In this document: positions 61,581-64,000 of the stretch, piece by piece
Layout: each line of letters begins with the position of its first letter
Numbering within the stretch: position 1 is the stretch's first letter
Program-made: the position numbers and the translations under genes
The notes under the pieces: model-generated
The model's input: only the letters and a program-made list of their open reading frames with translations
Database searches by the model: none
Told to the model about the DNA's origin: nothing
From: Camelus ferus
Lineage: Eukaryota
Direction of reading: 5' to 3'
DNA: 64,000 nucleotides
Assembly: GCF_009834535.1 (NCBI RefSeq)
Contig: NC_045696.1
Coordinates: 50,036,001-50,100,000, forward strand

Positions 61581-63854
61581 CTGACATTTGAGGAAAAGAT
61601 CCATAGCTTTCATTAGAATCTCAAATGGGTTTATGATCCTCTAAAAAGTTAAGGACAACTGTCTGAAGGTTATGTGACATAGACTACGGACAGATAAACG
61701 TGGAACATGGAAGGCTGAGGGTTTGGGGATGTTAGGGTCTGAGTGGAACAGGGTGTGCCTGTGGCCTTCTGCCTTGGTCTTGCTTTTCTTATACCACTGG
61801 ACTGGGCTATGGTGTGGGGAGGTGCCTTTTTGGCTCCTTATTGTCACTTCTAGACCATTTTGCTTTCTGATTCCATGAAAAGCCCCTTCACTGAGACTCA
61901 AATCATCAGATAACTTATAAACCCCTTCTCTTTCTTATAGTCATTAGCTTCCTCATGTCATTCCTTGAAGATTTTAGTTCCTGGCTGTCGTTGGTCTCTC
62001 CAACTGAGAGAATAAATTAAGAGCTAGTGTCCTTATGAAAAGAATATCATGTGAAGAACCAGAGACACCAGGAGAACTTCCGGAGACGATGAAGGATTGG
62101 AATGAGGCATCTGTAAGTCATGGAATGCCCAAGATTGCTAACAAACCCCAGCCTTGGGACTGTCATGGGCCTGCGGGCATGTTATTCACCGTGTTAATAT
62201 ATTACAATGGGCGTATAATGAAGCTCAAGCTCTGCTAGAAGTCAAATCTCCCACCATCTTGAGCCTCAAGGCCTCCTGGGGGTTGAATCTTCTACCATTT
62301 TGATGTTAATTGCTGTGGCATTCCTTGAATGGCTGTGCCCTGCCCCCTCCCTGTTTCAAATTTATTGAATTAGATATTTAAAGTAATAAGTTTATATGTA
62401 ATTTCTGAGGGATTCTGCACATTTTGTTCATGAAATGTATACGCTGCCCTTAATTTCAATCTAAAAAATTCTTAATTTATTACTTTTTTGCAATTGTATT
62501 TAACACTTTGAAAAAGCAAGGTTTTCAAAATTTACAACTATAGCAGATTGAACATCAATGATAACACAGGCTACCATAAGTACTGCTTCCTATAAACAAA
62601 GCCCCTAAGAGATTAAACAAAAAAAGCCCAACTGATGTCAACCTAGGGTGGATCCAAAACAATTTTTTTTGATGAAAGTGACTCTGAGGTTACAAGTAAG
62701 GAACCTGAAAGACAGCCAAAACAGCCTAAGCAGCAGAGAGGGACGACCACAGACTTCATTCTTAGTGGGGCATAGAGAATGACTCAGGAATCCCTAGGAA
62801 GGTAGAAGCCAAAACTCCTTAATTGGAAAACTATGCAACAGGCAGCTTAAAAAAAACAAAACAAAACCAAAAAACAGCCTCTTCAAAATGCCTCCCACTT
62901 CCAAAGCACGCACACACACTTGATATGGTAAAAATGAGTCTGACTGGCTTCGTCTAGAACTCTTTTCCCTGAAGAGGCTTTGCGTGGGCAGTGCCAGTTA
63001 GAAAAAAGGCTTCAATTTGTGCTTCCTTCAGCAGACCTGGTGTCAGCTCTTTGGCTCAGGGAATAGACCTCAATTGTCTCTCCCTCTTGTTTCCGCTCTT
63101 CCCTGATGTACTAAACTTTCCTGGCAGGCAGTGTAATCAAGTCAGACCTCCTGCTTTGCAGCCATTTGCATTGAGGTCAGCACACCGGTGTGAGTGGAAG
63201 GAAGCAGAAGGCAGATCAGGAAGAAACATGCTTGGATGGAATAAACTGTAACCCAGGTAGACCTCTGCCTCGCCAGCTGGCCCTCCCAGGCAACCCTGGA
63301 CTCCGCTCCCGCCTGACTACTCTCCTGCAGCGCCTTCTTGAAGATGCACCAGGGCTGAACCACACAGGAGCTTGGCTGCTGGCAGAGAGTCACTGGTTCT
63401 CAGTTCAGTCAGGGTTTTTGTCTGCGTTTGCTGTTTCTTCTGCCTCAAATATGAACCTGCTCTGTCTTGTCCAATACTCCACTTCCAGTGTCCAGAACAG
63501 CATCCTCACATAAGAGTCACTCAGAAAACACATGTGGATGCCTGAATGGAGGACAGGAAATGTGGGAATACTCTTTCAACGGCCTTCTCAGAGTTTTCCA
63601 TTTTAGTTCACCCCAAGGTCAGAGAAGGTCCTTCAGGGTAGCGCTAGATTTGCTCTCTGCCTTCTGTACCAGAAAATGCCTCACCATTGTCCTTAGGAAC
63701 AAAAAAGAGGAAAAGGCCACTTTCTGGAAAACTCATAAAGCAAAGTCTTTCAAGGGCACAGATGGGCTCTGTACTCAGTCCTTTTTTCTCATACTAGGGT
63801 CCTGGTCCTGCCCTAACCCACAGAATAAGAAACCAGAATAAGGGAGTGCCAGAT

Positions 63855-63998
63855 TGGAACGCGAGAGCCTTGGACTGGAGCCTTCTCTTCTATTTACTAG
63901 CTCTGTGACCTTGAGCAACACCCTGATCTTCTCTGTACACCTCCTTCTTCAGAAGTAAGTGGAGTTAAAGATATCACGTGGCTCAGAAGTTTGCAATG
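63855..63998 (+). mobile_element. MIR SINE
   Basis: tttactagctctgtgaccttgagcaac...ctctgtacacctcc. Confidence 0.6.
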
Positions 63999-64000
63999 AG

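Overview
Mammalian genomic DNA, probably a camelid, judged from tRNA-Ala-derived vic-1-like SINEs and cetartiodactyl-type L1 tails. It carries two tandem + strand immunoglobulin-superfamily genes. (1) A complete CD200 (OX-2) gene with 6 coding exons (36234-50912, 267 aa by my assembly), a CpG-island promoter and a ~1.25 kb 3'UTR. (2) Upstream, a divergent CD200 paralogue that the ORF track shows only in fragments. It assembles by hand into an uninterrupted 5-exon, 280-aa type I membrane protein (signal 4585-4648, IgV 9899-10237, atypical Ig-like D2 10960-11259, TM 19854-19953, tail 21185-21224, AATAAA at 21378). The paralogue keeps the CD200 C/F/G-strand motifs, has an extra Cys pair in D1, and lacks both canonical Cys and the core Trp in D2. 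It is probably related to the mouse CD200 homologues Gm609/iSEC1-iSEC2 (from memory, not verified). In CD200 the expected exon-3 acceptor reads GG rather than AG, implying use of an in-frame AG 6 nt downstream. The remainder is mostly LINE-1 (a nested, rearranged cluster at ~21.9-35 kb), L2, MIR, MaLR/ERV LTRs, hAT elements and microsatellites. Repeat family names and boundaries are approximate and were recognised by eye.
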